A stretch of 63,731 nt of DNA, filler included, from Octopus bimaculoides (lineage: Eukaryota): assembly GCF_001194135.2 (NCBI RefSeq). It is 7 parts of 5 records of this genome, joined end to end, with 100 filler letters (N's around TTAATTAATTAA, not from the genome) between each part and the next. Parts side by side here need not be neighbours in the genome. Positions count along the whole stretch, not along the records: positions 1 to 7,947 come from NC_068981.1; positions 8,048 to 21,345 come from NC_068981.1; 5 more parts are not named here. One strand, written 5' to 3'. The translations under genes were made by a program, and so were the position numbers. The notes under the pieces are model-generated. The model made no database searches. It was not told the DNA's origin and saw nothing but the letters and a program-made list of their open reading frames with translations. Below, piece after piece: positions 1 through 11,899 of the stretch (position 1 is the stretch's first letter; each line of letters starts with the position of its first letter).

Positions 1-85
1 GTGAGCGTACGTCATATAGTTAAAAAAAAACAATAACAAAAAAACAAAAAAACAAGGTGAGGACGTGATATGGATAGTATTATTG

Positions 86-142
86 GACGCTCAGGAAAGG
101 AAAGAGAGAGTGTATGACGTTTCGGGCGTAGCCCTTCGTCGG
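86..142 (-). mobile_element. Penelope-like element terminal motif (degenerate hammerhead-like core)
   Basis: Minus strand reads CCGACGA-A-GGGC-TAC-GCCC-GAAA-CGTC, similar to CUGANGA-stemII-GAAA. The core is mutated and stem I is not evident. Confidence 0.4.
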
Positions 143-2291
143 AAAGATGGAAAGTTCGGAGAATGGAAGAATGGAGAATGAGGAAAATGGTACCGATGCC
201 CACGAGGTTACATTATGAAAAGACCGGAAGAGGAGGTGGTGGGGGAAAAGTTCTTTCTAAGATAGGAGAGTGAAAAAGGGAGATGAATATCTGTGCGTGT
301 GCGAAAGTCTGCGAGTGTGTGTGTGATAACAGAACGTGTGTGTGCGTATGTATATTTTCTTTCATTATAATTTTCAGTCACCACTATAATTTTCCTCTTT
401 CGCTTTAAGTAATACACCCTCTGATTTCTTAGAAACGCCCACTTTTACTTTTAGAAGCTTGACCAATATATCTCTACATTCACCCTTAATTTCTAGCATT
501 CTTCCTTATTATTTCGCCCCTTCCCTTCCATCTCTAGGTTTACTACTCACATTTAGTAATCCCCTCCCCTCTGTATCACATTCTTTATCTATCTCACCAC
601 ATTAATGCTTTTCAAACCTATCCTCCAGTTTCTCACGAATACATACTCCTTTCTTAACTTCTTATATCTTCTTTTTATCTCCCCACTATTCTTTTTATCT
701 ATTGATAGCTCTCCCCTCCTCATCCCCTTATAATGTCTTGACCAGCATCTAGCACTCCTTTTTTCTTTTTTTCCTTTTTTCTTTTTTCTCCTTTTTTTCT
801 TTTTTCTCCTTTTTTCTTTTTCCTTCCCTACCTCTATTCCAGCCATTAAGAATACCACTTCCCTAATTCCTTTGATCAATACCACTATCTCCCATACATA
901 CTTGTTTCTTCCTACTAATATTCGTATCTATTCATTTCTCTATTTATTTAGTTCCCCTTAACAGTACAATTCTCAAAATTCATTTATGCCACGAGATCCT
1001 TTTGAATGAATAACACATGGAATTCATATGTGTAAACTATCCATTTTAAATAACAACATATGACTTCTTATCGGACTTTAGACATCATGTACAAGAAGCC
1101 TCTTAACCAATTCTACACAACACATTCCTTAGAAAACGGAACTGCAACTTCAACATCCAACACGTATTTTTATTTTCATATGTTCCTTTTATACTTTACG
1201 CATTATATCTAATTATTTGTATATATCTTCCTCTGCAGAATAACTTCTAAAACATCGAAATCTATTAATTCCTTCTACTGAAGCTCTTTTAACTCATCTC
1301 TGATGATGGAATATTATTTTACGTGAAGCATCTTTTTATTTATAAATGCCCTAGGAATATCAAATTGCCTTGGCCTTCTTATCTTATTTTATTTAACATC
1401 TACATATATACACACATATATACATAGGTGCGTGTGTGTGTGGTATGTGTAAAAATCAATATAAACAGCCTGCGCAATGTGATACCATAAAGGAAAATTT
1501 CAATCGTCAGTAAGTGTGAGTAAGGACAACAAAGCACAGATTTTGTTCCATGTTAAAATACACTTAATGCTGTAAGAAGAGCAGAACATGTATACACACA
1601 TGCTTACAGGGGAGGTAGCAGCACCATGTCTGACTCGAGGATCCCCATATAAGATCTAGTTTAGCCTATGATGTAGGCATCGTCAGTGAGGACTGCTTGA
1701 ACGGAGCATGATCGGCTAATATGTATTATGTGTGTGCGTGTGTGTGCGTGTGTGTGTGTGTATACAAACTGAAATGTACAGATTTTATATATCAAGATCG
1801 GATAATTTTGGATACTTATTTAACGCTTTCATCCCTTTTCCAGATAGTCATTTTTTATATCATATATGTATATGTATATACATTATGATCTATCGGTGAG
1901 GCACTCAGTATTGGAAGAAAATGTATTTATATACTCAATCAATCAATAATGGAGATACATTCATTGATTATTTTGTTATTTTTGTTCTGGTATCTGTAGA
2001 ATCTTCTTAGATTGAAGCAATTTCCCTAAATGTCATATTCTCATCTGCAAGGAACAACGTTTCCTAAAACTCCAGAAAAGCTATTTATCTGAATAATTAA
2101 CTATCAATTAGTAGCCATAAACTAATTGCCATACACTACAGAGCAAATGGTGCACAAGTTATTTTTTATTTTTTAAGATCCTTTGTGTACAATTAGTACA
2201 CTTCTAATGATTGAAGGTAAAAAGATGTATATACAAATAGCGACAATTAGCCAGGAATCTTCTTATCGTATCTTAATATGAGTAGAGTTCA

Positions 2292-2497
2292 AAGCAGTGA
2301 GCTAGCAGAATTGTTAGCACACCGGGCAAAATACTTAGCGGCATTTCGTCCGTCCTTACCTTCTGCGTCCAAATTCCACCGAAGTTAACTTTGCCCTTCA
2401 TCCTTCGGGTTCAATAAAATAAGTTCCAGTTGAGCCTTGGGTTCGAAACAATTGACTTACAAAACATTTGTTAGCCTTGTACCAAAATTTTAAACCA
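2292..2497 (+). mobile_element. tRNA-derived SINE family A, diverged copy
   Basis: Aligns by eye to the copies at 11113, 11342 and 14084 (gagct.gcagaa..gttagcac.ccggg.aaat.cttagcggcatttcg...). Confidence 0.8.
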
Positions 2498-3499
2498 ATA
2501 TGGATAGAACTCCAGAACAGATTGAACATATTTCCTCAACAGGACAGAGGTATCATACAAAGGAACATAAAGGAAATATACAAACACGTAAGTCACCTGA
2601 GGGTCTCTATATTCCTAATACCGATGACGTTGTATTAGAGTAATGTCATATAAATTTTTCAGTATTCTGCAACGCTGATAGTAATGATTTCAGTAGGGGT
2701 TTTTAAAGAGGACGATACACTTTCAGGTACTAGATATTTTAGAGAAGCTTTGGATTTTATTGAACGCTAATATTTTTAATGTTTGGTTTCTATATACTTA
2801 TTACAGTAACTGATGCAAGGAACGGTTAAAGTCAGGGCATGTATTAAATATAGACTTAAAATATGCACTTCTGTCAATTTTCTATTAGATGTTCTAATGA
2901 CATTGTCTGATGAAGAGTTTGATGTGTGAATTTGACAGTGGTTATAATGCGATTATGTCACTAGAATATGTTATTGTGTAGAGGAATGTTATATGATTAT
3001 TGTTAGCAATGTTGATGTTGCCAATTATATTTTATATTGTTTTGTTGCTTACTGTTGTGGGTTATGTGGGCGACCAGTTTCATTACTTTTCAGTAAATTT
3101 CGTCATTTTAGTCGAACTTGTGATGCTGGTACTTATATTTGATTGATCTCTCAGGCTTTTATTATATATTATAAGATATTTAAGATGCGTAATTGGAGTT
3201 GTATTCTATCTTGCTTTACTCTCTAAAATGTTCGGTTAGCACACAAGCTCGCACATAAGTACACCCAAACAGACATATATATGTGTGTTTCGGTGTGTAA
3301 TTCTTACGTGAACGGATAAAGAAGCATTCTCCTACAATTATCATTTCTGTTTTTCAGCTATTTTCCACCACCTTCCTTCCAGTGAGTTCCTTGAAAGTGC
3401 TCAACCACCACCTTCATGGCCTCTTTCTTTCTTTGAGCAGTGCTAACCATAGGCGATACCAAGCTTTCCTGTAGAGAACTAAAATTTGGAATGGCGGTG

Positions 3500-4260
3500 A
3501 AAATGTTCTTTCTATCCACTCCAAATCTGACAAATCTTGTCTCTATCCCAAAGAAAGATTATATGGTTACAAGATGTGTTTTATCTTTTCATGAAAAGAC
3601 TGATGTGTAGGACGAAACATTTTTACAAACATATTTGGTAGGAATAGGTTCATTGACCAAAAGAATAATATGATACTGTATTATCATTTTACCGGCTTTA
3701 AGCAATTAGCAGAAGGGGTATGTAGTTTTTTGTTCTTCCAACAATTTCGTGATGTAAAGTTTTCTCTTAATAAACTATAGTGTCCAATTCTACACGATCA
3801 AACTATTCTTATGATCAGTGAAGTTGTAATAAAGATCTGACCGGTATTCCAAATAGATTTCTTCTATAATATTAATGTCACAAATCAGCTCACCAATGTA
3901 TTTACTTATCGTATTGGAAACCAGCCTATATTTCACTAAGTATCATTGTTATTGACTGTTCCGTTCGACTAAATAAAATAGACAGCAAAACGTTACTAGG
4001 ATGGCTAATTAAACTAATTGCATAGTTGTTTTCAAAATTTTCGTCTTTCTCTTCTTTGGCAGTGATATAACAATCGATTCTGTCCATTTACTGGGTCGTT
4101 CTGTACTACACAGAACACTAATATAATTTTGCAATGAATCTCGATAACAAATTAACCTTCCTTCTTTAACAGCTCCGTTCCAGGTGATTTATTACAGTTT
4201 AGTTTCGTAATTGCTTGTATAGCATCATTTGAAATGTTATCTGGCTCTTGCTGTTTATTA
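3500..4260 (-). pseudogene. Decayed RTE-clade (BovB-like) LINE reverse transcriptase fragment
   Basis: Manual minus-strand translation gives, in the expected order, AITKLNCNKSPG, PSKWTESIVISLPKK, YAISLISHPSNVLLSIL, LSEI*AGF and FDRV, with stops and frameshifts. Confidence 0.72.
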
Positions 4261-4593
4261 AATAGAGTTCCTTTCCTTAATTGTTTCTGCACACTACAAT
4301 ATACCTCCAGGTTATAGCTATACAACTCTGCGCAAGATTTACCTATCACTGACTTCCTTTCCTTTTGATTACTACGTTGCTATACTCATGTTCAGCAACT
4401 TAACATTTAGTCACCCACATATTACTTATATATTTAACAATTCGGTATGCTCTTCGTGAGGTAATTTGTTTTCAGTTTTTCGCAAGTTTCTAATACCTAT
4501 TATTTTCTGCGTAAATTTCCAGTTTTTCTTTTTTTTCTCTAGCTTATTTTTGATAAAATATTCAGCTGTTTCAGTTCCCTGTCGTCGTGTCTG

Positions 4594-4640
<47 letters not shown>

Positions 4641-4786
4641 TACTTGTTCGTTAAGCTGTAATACATTAGTTACTTACGGAGGTGAAGGCAGAGAGAGTGA
4701 GAGGTGGAGTAAGAGTGAGAGAAAGGGGAGCAGTGAAGAATGAGGGTAGAAAGAGGTAGAGAAAAGTGATTGATATTATTACTCTT

Positions 4787-5884
4787 AGGCATTTTCGACA
4801 CCTTCTTTTTGCTTTTAGTCACGGTTCTAAGACTGCAAAAGCTGTTCGCAACATTTGTGCTGTGTATAGAGAGGGTACCATCACTGAAAGAACAGCTCGT
4901 GATTGATATGCCAAGTTCGAAAATGGAAATTTTGACCTCAAAGACGCATCACGTTCTGGGCATCCAGTTGAGTTCGGTGAAGAGCGATTAAGCCAACATT
5001 TGCACGAAAATTCTCGTCAAATGACAAGGGAACTGGCAGAGAAAATGGAATGCTCCCACACTGCTATAGAGAAACATTTTCTCTCGATGGGAAAGTTTCA
5101 GAAGTATGGAGCATGGGTTCCGCATGCTTTAAGTGACAACAACAAAAATCAATGAGCCACAATCTCCGCTGGTTTGCTTGCTCGTCACAGCTCAACTCAT
5201 GGACACAAACAACAATTTGTTTACCGAATCTTTACTGGCGACGAAAAATGGTGCCTGTACATCAATATGAAGCAGCGTAAGTAATGGCTTATCCTCGGTA
5301 AACGAGAGATATCGCGCGTGAAACAAGATCATCATGCGCGTAAAACGATTTTGTGCGTATAGTGGGACTGGGAAGGGATTATCCATTACGAATTGCTTGA
5401 ACGTAAGCAGATAGTAAACGCGAAACTCTATGTTCAATAGACGGAACGACTCAACACGGCTATTCAATAGAAAAGACCTAATAAATAGCATGGATTTCTG
5501 CTGCACGACAACGCCCGCCCTCATTTTGCCAATATGACCAAGGAAGTCATTCAAACGCATGGCTGGGAAATGCTGCCACACCCACCATACTCTCCTGATT
5601 TGGCACCAACGGATTTCCACCTCTTTCAAATGCTATGCGCGGAGTTTCGTTCAATAATGATGCAGAATTGAGAGCTTAGTTGAATCAATTTTTTGAGTCG
5701 AAATCGAGTGATTTCTACAAACGAGGTATTGAAAATCTTGTTAACGCTGGGAAGAAGTTGTAAACAACAAGGGTGAATACATTATTAATTAATTTGTTGT
5801 TTTTTTTATTAAACCTTTAAAAAGATTTAAATTTAAAAAATTTAAATTTTAAAAAACGGCGGGAACTTAGTTGCCAACACAATA
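4787..5884 (+). mobile_element. Mariner (DD34D-type) transposon remnant, 5'-truncated, inactivated
   Basis: + strand translation gives RSGHP, WVPHAL, TGDEKW, LLHDNARPH and HPPYSPDLAPTDFHLF with stops and frameshifts. The right end reads ...aacttagttgccaacacaaTA (TIR-like end plus TA). Confidence 0.93.
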
Positions 5885-5899
5885 GGTAATCATAACATC

Positions 5900-7900
5900 T
5901 TACAGGAGCGCAGCAAAGTGCTGGAAATTGAGTGGTGTGCGAAAAAAATCACCTACTAATTAAAAACAACTAATTTAACGAATCCAACGTTGTTTATACA
6001 TAAGGATTAACTGGGAACTCCAGAAGACCTGAAAAACCTTAACATATTACTAAGTGGCTACTGCAGTACATTTCAAGATATATCACACTCTTGGACATTA
6101 GAAATACTACATGTGAATAAAGTATATCCAATACGCTAAATGAAAACAAATACATCGCTTTAGTGCAAAGAGATAGCGCAACTACGCAAGACATATAGGA
6201 AGAAAAATATCTCAGAGACATTCCTTAATTCCTCTCATCTACCGCTTAGGTCTACTTTATTAGCACATTTACTAAATAAAATTATGAATAATTGTAAACT
6301 ATGTTGATATATTATAAATCTTCTTCCTTACATGAATAATAGAAAAACTATTAAAAAGTGTACAGAAATCCAAACTCATATCGTATTAAACAAAGAGCAG
6401 CTCTAAGAAAAAGAAGCTAATAAACCGCAGTTGAAAACATTATGTTAGATCAACGCGTTAACATTTGGGCATAAGGGCAAAATCGCCTGTACAAATATTT
6501 GGCAACAATAAATTGCTAAGACACGATACACATGAAAGACCTGAACTAGAAGAATTTTCGACAAAATTATTCTAAAAATACAGCAAACCAACACATATTG
6601 GCTTCAAAATTCGGTACAAGTGGCAGGGGTTGACTGGTACTTGCTTTATTGATCCCGAAATCAGAATTATAACTCAGAACGTGAGGACAGAAGAAATTCT
6701 GCTAAGATTTTTGCCGGCGTGCTAGCATCCATTTAATATCAAAAACTTCGAGCAATGCCAGAAATATGATAATAGGCAGAAATTCACTAGCCATCAACGT
6801 TATAAGCTGCAGCTAAAATTCAACGAATTATAAGAGAAGGGAATTAAATAGCTTAGAGCGATACACTAGAAAGTTAATTTATTTTCCAATTAAATTATGT
6901 CTGTATCGGTCCTAAAGCCAATATAGATAGTATATAGTTACGACAAACTTAAAGAGAATAAGATTTGATCACACGGAAATATGAAACTAAGTATGAAGCT
7001 TTCATTTAGAAAAAAAAATACTTAGAAGCAAGCAAAAGGAAAGTGATCAGTCTATGAAGAAAAGAAGAAAGTATACAAAATAAAAAAAATAACATACTAA
7101 CGAGAAGTTATTTCCGATGACGACGTTGATTTTTATTTCAGATTAAAACAAAAGATATGATAGAACATAACCAAAATAGAATCAAAAGTGTTACTAGTAA
7201 ATAGTGTTTGGAGAAGAAAAAAACGCTTAACACACAAGATCATGCAACACCTGGCGGTGAAAAGGTAAAACAATGTCAGAGTCAAACAAGTGCAGGAATT
7301 CTAGAATAACACAAAAAGCAGTTTCCTGAACGCACGTGACAGAAAAATTACAAGATTAATAGAAAAAAAATACATTCAAAACATCAATTGCGGATCATGG
7401 AAACATTACAATCAGAGAGAAAATAGAAAATATATATATATTATAAGCTAAGGAAGATAATTCCTTCGGGGATGGGGGGGGGCATCCAATTCACTGGTAA
7501 GTCAGTTGAATACCATATAAATATGGGTATAATGCAAATTAAAAGGATATAACTAAATAGAGAGATACCATTAACAATCCAGTAATTTATTTATAACATA
7601 ATATACTGTGAATATAATATGAGAGAAATATAAGATAACATAAACAGTTATTAAAACATCAAACTCGCAACAATTTGCTTCGACTTATATACATTTTTTG
7701 ATATTTAAAGAATTCCCCTATGCATAAGTCTCTTCATAGGCAGAGTTTAAAGATAGATGAATACTAATATACAGAAGTATATAAGAGTAACTACGACAAT
7801 AGCATTAAAAAGAATCAAATTCGGAATTAATACACTAACAATTAATTTTTCGAAATTCCTTACTATTATATAGAATAAGATTACAAAATTTAAGTTATAC
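5900..7900 (+). mobile_element. Possible highly decayed L1-type LINE remnant
   Basis: Strong A-rich + strand bias. At ~7108-7142 an LF(A)DDTLIFISD motif appears only if two compensating indels are assumed. Confidence 0.25.
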
Positions 7901-7947
7901 ATATATACATATACACACACACATACGCATATATATATATATATATA

Positions 7948-8047
7948 NNNNNNNNNNNNNNNNNNNNNNNNNNNNNNNNNNNNNNNNNNNNTTAATTAAT
8001 TAANNNNNNNNNNNNNNNNNNNNNNNNNNNNNNNNNNNNNNNNNNNN
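7948..8047. other. Artificial scaffold spacer N44-TTAATTAATTAA-N44 (linker also at 21390, 30895, 34915, 56706, 60477)
   Basis: The same palindromic 12-mer, with stops in all six frames, sits in the middle of N runs six times; the spacer counted here is exactly 100 bp. Confidence 0.95.
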
Positions 8048-8154
8048 TAGGAGAGCTGGGCTTTAGGAGAGCTGGGCTTTAGGAGAGCTGGGCTTTAGGA
8101 GAGCTGGGCTTTAGGAGAGCTGGGCTTTAGGAGAGCTGGGCTTTAGGAGAGCTG
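8048..8154 (+). repeat. 16-bp minisatellite (TAGGAGAGCTGGGCTT) x ~6.7
   Basis: Six perfect units plus 11 nt, directly after an assembly gap. Confidence 0.95.
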
Positions 8155-9200
8155 TGTCAACGTATGCAGATGACATGACCGTAATGGTGTCAAATATTAC
8201 AGAAATTCAGGTGGTCGATTTCATTTTAAAGGAAAAAGTGCCGATGACAAGAGCGAGGACAGCAAGAGCAAAGATGCATCTGGAGAGACAAGTCCATGCC
8301 ATCGAACTGAAGAGGTCACTGGACAAATGGATTATTTGACTTGCTTAGGGTTTGGTTTCATCTGGACCTCCTAATAGACAGGAACTGGGACGAAGTTAAG
8401 CAGAAATGGGCTGAGAGTAAATTATCCTTGAAACGTCGAGCAGAAGTGGCGAATGCTTTGGTCGCTTCTGTAGTAACTTACCGCCCTACCGTTGTGCCTT
8501 GCCCTAGTTCCCATCTGGCCAAACTGAAGCATCTACTTTTCAGTTTCCACTGGTTAGACAGTCTATCTGTTGCCAGCGCCTTCTGGAAGACAGATTTGGC
8601 ACGTTGTGGCTGCTGATGCGCAGATAAGCGCTAAGGCTACATCACCTGCAGATTTTCCTGGACTCTGAGTGATGTGGTCTCCGTCTGTAAGTCACACCTT
8701 TCTGCAGTTCAACTCTTGGAGCCAGAGTCCTGGGTCAAGAAAGACCAAGATTGGGAGCTCGGCATCTGGAATCTCGTCAGGCGCTCAACTGAGCAATGGA
8801 AGCAGTGAAAATTTTAGTGATTAATATATAGAGATCTAGTGGTGGATAAGAGCGATAACGTTCTCGGGGAAACGCTGGATGTTGACGAGGATGAACTTGC
8901 TGGTCTATTTTGAATAACTTTCGAGCCGAGAACTACCATTGACTACTTCCAGAAATCCCTAACCTGGCAGTGCTACCGAAGGGCATTGCCGATTGGAAAT
9001 AAACTCTACGAGCAGACAAGTGCCACCGGGCGGAACTACCCGAGATGAGAGTACAGGGATGAAACCGTACGGCACGCACTCGTGCAATGTTCGAGCGTTA
9101 CTGACTTGTAAAACGAATCCAACTATCTGCTGAGCCCAAGGTGAGGATCTCCACACCACACACTTTTAACAAGACAGGGCAAGCTGTGTCCCTCCGTCTA
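8133..9200 (+). mobile_element. Tx1/L1-type LINE ORF2 remnant (RT YADD to C-terminal region)
   Basis: Reads ELGFRRAVSTYADDMTVMVS, then RAEVANALVASVVTYR, SLTWQCYRRALP and ETVRHALVQC, with many disruptions. Confidence 0.8.
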
Positions 9201-9203
9201 AAG

Positions 9204-9290
9204 CAACGGTTCTCAACCTGTGGTCTGCGGACTCCTGGTGGTCCGCAAAGGTAGTACTGGGGGTCCGTGTACTAAATTCAAAATTTCATA
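9204..9290 (+). mobile_element. Terminal fragment of hAT-type MITE related to the 37478 element
   Basis: caacggttctcaacctgtggtc...gtggtccgcaa...gggggtccgt resembles the left end of 37478-37756. Confidence 0.55.
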
Positions 9291-10594
9291 ATAATCTTTC
9301 TTTCTCGGCCTGACTGCCGACTGCTAACACCTCTTATGTCCATCTCCTATGTTCCTGCCTTAAGGCTTTCACTTTATACACCCCATCTCAGTTTGATTCG
9401 CCCTCAATCGAAAGACACCTGTTGTTATATTCCTGTCGTTTGTATTTGTAATTGTGTACCATGTTCTCCATTTTTTGTCTTTGTTGTCGTACACATTCGC
9501 TAGCTTTCTCACAAAAAAATCTAATGCTCTTAGCTTAGACTTTTTGTGGGACAACCAGATCAAGCAGTTTCAAGTGTAACTGCCCAAAACTGTAAGGACA
9601 TCTGGTAACTTGACTGACGAAAGAAGGCCACGAATGACTCGTCTTTTTTTTTCCTGTCCCTCTAATTATTTTTCCTGTCCTCCTTTGTATCGCCTATCTG
9701 TCTGGATGTTTTATTGTCCTCTATTGCGTTTTTGTTCCATTATNNNNNNNNNNNNNNNNNNNNNNNNNNNNNNNNNNNNNNNNNNNNNNNNNNNNNNNNN
9801 NNNNNNNNNNNNNNNNNNNNNNNNNNNNNNNNNNNNNNNNNNNNNNNNNNNNNNNNNNNNNNNNNNNNNNNNNNNNNNNNNNNNNNNNNNNNNNNNNNNN
9901 NNNNNNNNNNNNNNNNNNNNNNNNNNNNNNNNNNNNNNNNNNNNNNNNNNNNNNNNNNNNNNNNNNNNNNNNNNNNNNNNNNNNNNNNNNNNNNNNNNNN
10001 NNNNNNNNNNNNNNNNNNNNNNNNNNNNNNNNNNNNNNNNNNNNNNNNNNNNNNNNNNNNNNNNNNNNNNNNNNNNNNNNNNNNNNNNNNNNNNNNNNNN
10101 NNNNNNNNNNNNNNNNNNNNNNNNNNNNNNNNNNNNNNNNNNNNNNNNNNNNNNNNNNNNNNNNNNNNNNNNNNNNNNNNNNNNNNNNNNNNNNNNNNNN
10201 NNNNNNNNNNNNNNNNTCTCTCTCTCTCTCTCTTAGCGAATTTGTAAAACGGTAGGCGACTGAGGTAAAAATGGTCAGGTTGAATGGGCCTATTGTAAGC
10301 ATGCAGCCATAGATGGGAGGACAACGGTTGGGCAAAGGCTTGTGTCCTTGGTTGTCAGAGTGATCCTGGAACTGTGAGACCCCTTGATTGGCCTTAGTGG
10401 GAGGTTCACCTGTATCAGGAGGATTGCATCGTTCATGTGTTCACATATTTCGTACACTAATGTATACTTTTAGCTTATTTCTTCCTCCTCTTCCTTTCTT
10501 ACCCCCATCTTTTAAGTAAACTTCCACACAAGTTGTAAACTGTGAATCGACAGTTCTCATGTTGCAACAACTATATCCGAAACAACGCAATATT

Positions 10595-11036
10595 TGAAGT
10601 AGTTGTATGCTGTCAACTTAATGTGACAGTCCCCTGAAGGGAATAATACTACTGTTGGTTAGACCTAGAAAGCTGCACCGCTTCCTGTCGGCCTTGACAC
10701 ATTTCCTGTGTCCTTATGTTTACAAGGGGGAGACCTTCACCCAGCTAAGCCTGCATCCAGAGATATGTTTCTGAGTCTTTGCTCGTCATCAGTCTGGAGT
10801 AGCATGACTTGCTAGTCGAAGATGCCCGTCGAGCTCTTGTAAACATATAATAATTCTAATGAAATACATTCACTGATTAGCTGGGTGGAGGTGCTTGTCT
10901 CCCCCTTGTAAACATAAGGACACAGGAAATGTGTCAAGGCCGACAGGAAGCGGTGCAGCTTCCTAGGTCTAACCAACAGTAGTATTATTCCTTTCAGGGG
11001 ACTGTCACATTAAGTTGACAGCATACAACTACTTCA
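10595..11036. repeat. Fold-back element: ~155-bp inverted arms (10595-10748 / 10877-11036) around a ~128-bp spacer
   Basis: Arms are reverse complements with 2 substitutions and one ~5-6 nt indel. No TSD is evident. Confidence 0.95.
10756..10798 (-). ncRNA. Minimal type-I hammerhead-ribozyme-like motif (Penelope-type), possibly degenerate
   Basis: Minus strand: UCCAGA-CUGAUGA-C-GAG-CAAAGA-CUC-A-GAAA-CAUAUC-UCUGGA. It has a perfect 6-bp stem I, intact CUGAUGA and GAAA, a 3-bp stem II and an AUC putative cleavage triplet. Confidence 0.5.
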
Positions 11037-11112
11037 TCGTATCACTACTGCATAAATCTCTCTGAGAGATTTAGAAATGTATTATTTCTAAAACGCAATA
11101 TTTGTTCGGATC

Positions 11113-11557
11113 GAGGCGGCGGGCTGGCAGAAACGTTAGCTCGCCGGGCGAAATACTGAGCGGTATTTCGTTTGTCGTTACGTTCTGAGTTCAAATTCTG
11201 CCGAGGTCGACTTTGCCTTTCATCCTTTCGAGGTCGATAAATTAAGTACCAGTTACGTACTGGGGTCGATCTAATCAACTGGCCCGTCCCCCAAAATTCC
11301 GGGCCTTGTGCCTAGAGAAGAAAAGAATATTTATTCGGATCAAGGCGGTGAGCTGGTAGAATCCTTAGCACGCCGGGCGAAATGCTTAGCGGTATTTCGA
11401 CTTCCGCTACGTTCTGAGTTCAAACTCCGCCGAGATCGACTTTGCCTTTCATCCTTTCGGGGTCGATAAATTAAGTACCGGTTTCATACTGGAATCGATC
11501 TAATCGACTGGCCCCATCCCCAAAAATTTCGGGCCTTGTGCCTAGAGTAGAAAAGAA
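11113..11557 (+). mobile_element. Two head-to-tail full-length SINE-A copies (11113-11325, 11342-11557)
   Basis: Each has the tRNA-like head ggcgg.g.gctgg.agaa..gttagc and the tail gccttgtgcctagag.agaaaaga. A 16-bp target repeat lies before, between and after them. Confidence 0.93.
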
Positions 11558-11899
11558 AATATTTATTCGGATCCTCACGAAATCTCAATAACAGCTGTAC
11601 TATATAATGAGCATGCGTCATTATAACTAAATTGCTAAGATAGTCTGTGTTAATTATAACTCCCTCCACAAAACATATATCAAGAAGTAAAATACAAACA
11701 AAAGTTTCAGTCAAACAAGGGAGATAACTTTAGAAAGTGTAGTATTTTCACAGTTTACTCCCTTGGAATTCTTTTACCCGCATCCATTTCAAGATTTACT
11801 TTAAACTCTGGGAATTTTCTGAAAGGTGTGTGTGTGTGTACGCGCAAAAGCTTGTTTATTTTTGCTTTTTGATTTATTATTAGTGTTACTTAATATGTT

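Noticed and set aside
589-885. Lys/Arg-rich 98-aa minus ORF resembling a basic nuclear protein
   Set aside because: Produced by a low-complexity T/C tract; no domain or splice support.
5192-5629. 145-aa minus ORF
   Set aside because: Antisense shadow of the mariner transposase on the + strand.
7992-8003. Recurring palindrome TTAATTAATTAA (six copies in the window)
   Set aside because: Always embedded in N runs and has stops in all six frames; it is an assembly linker, not biology.
8048-8154. TTAGG-containing array as telomere or CRISPR-like repeat
   Set aside because: The unit is 16 bp with no spacers and is explained by LINE-derived slippage; it is not (TTAGGG)n.
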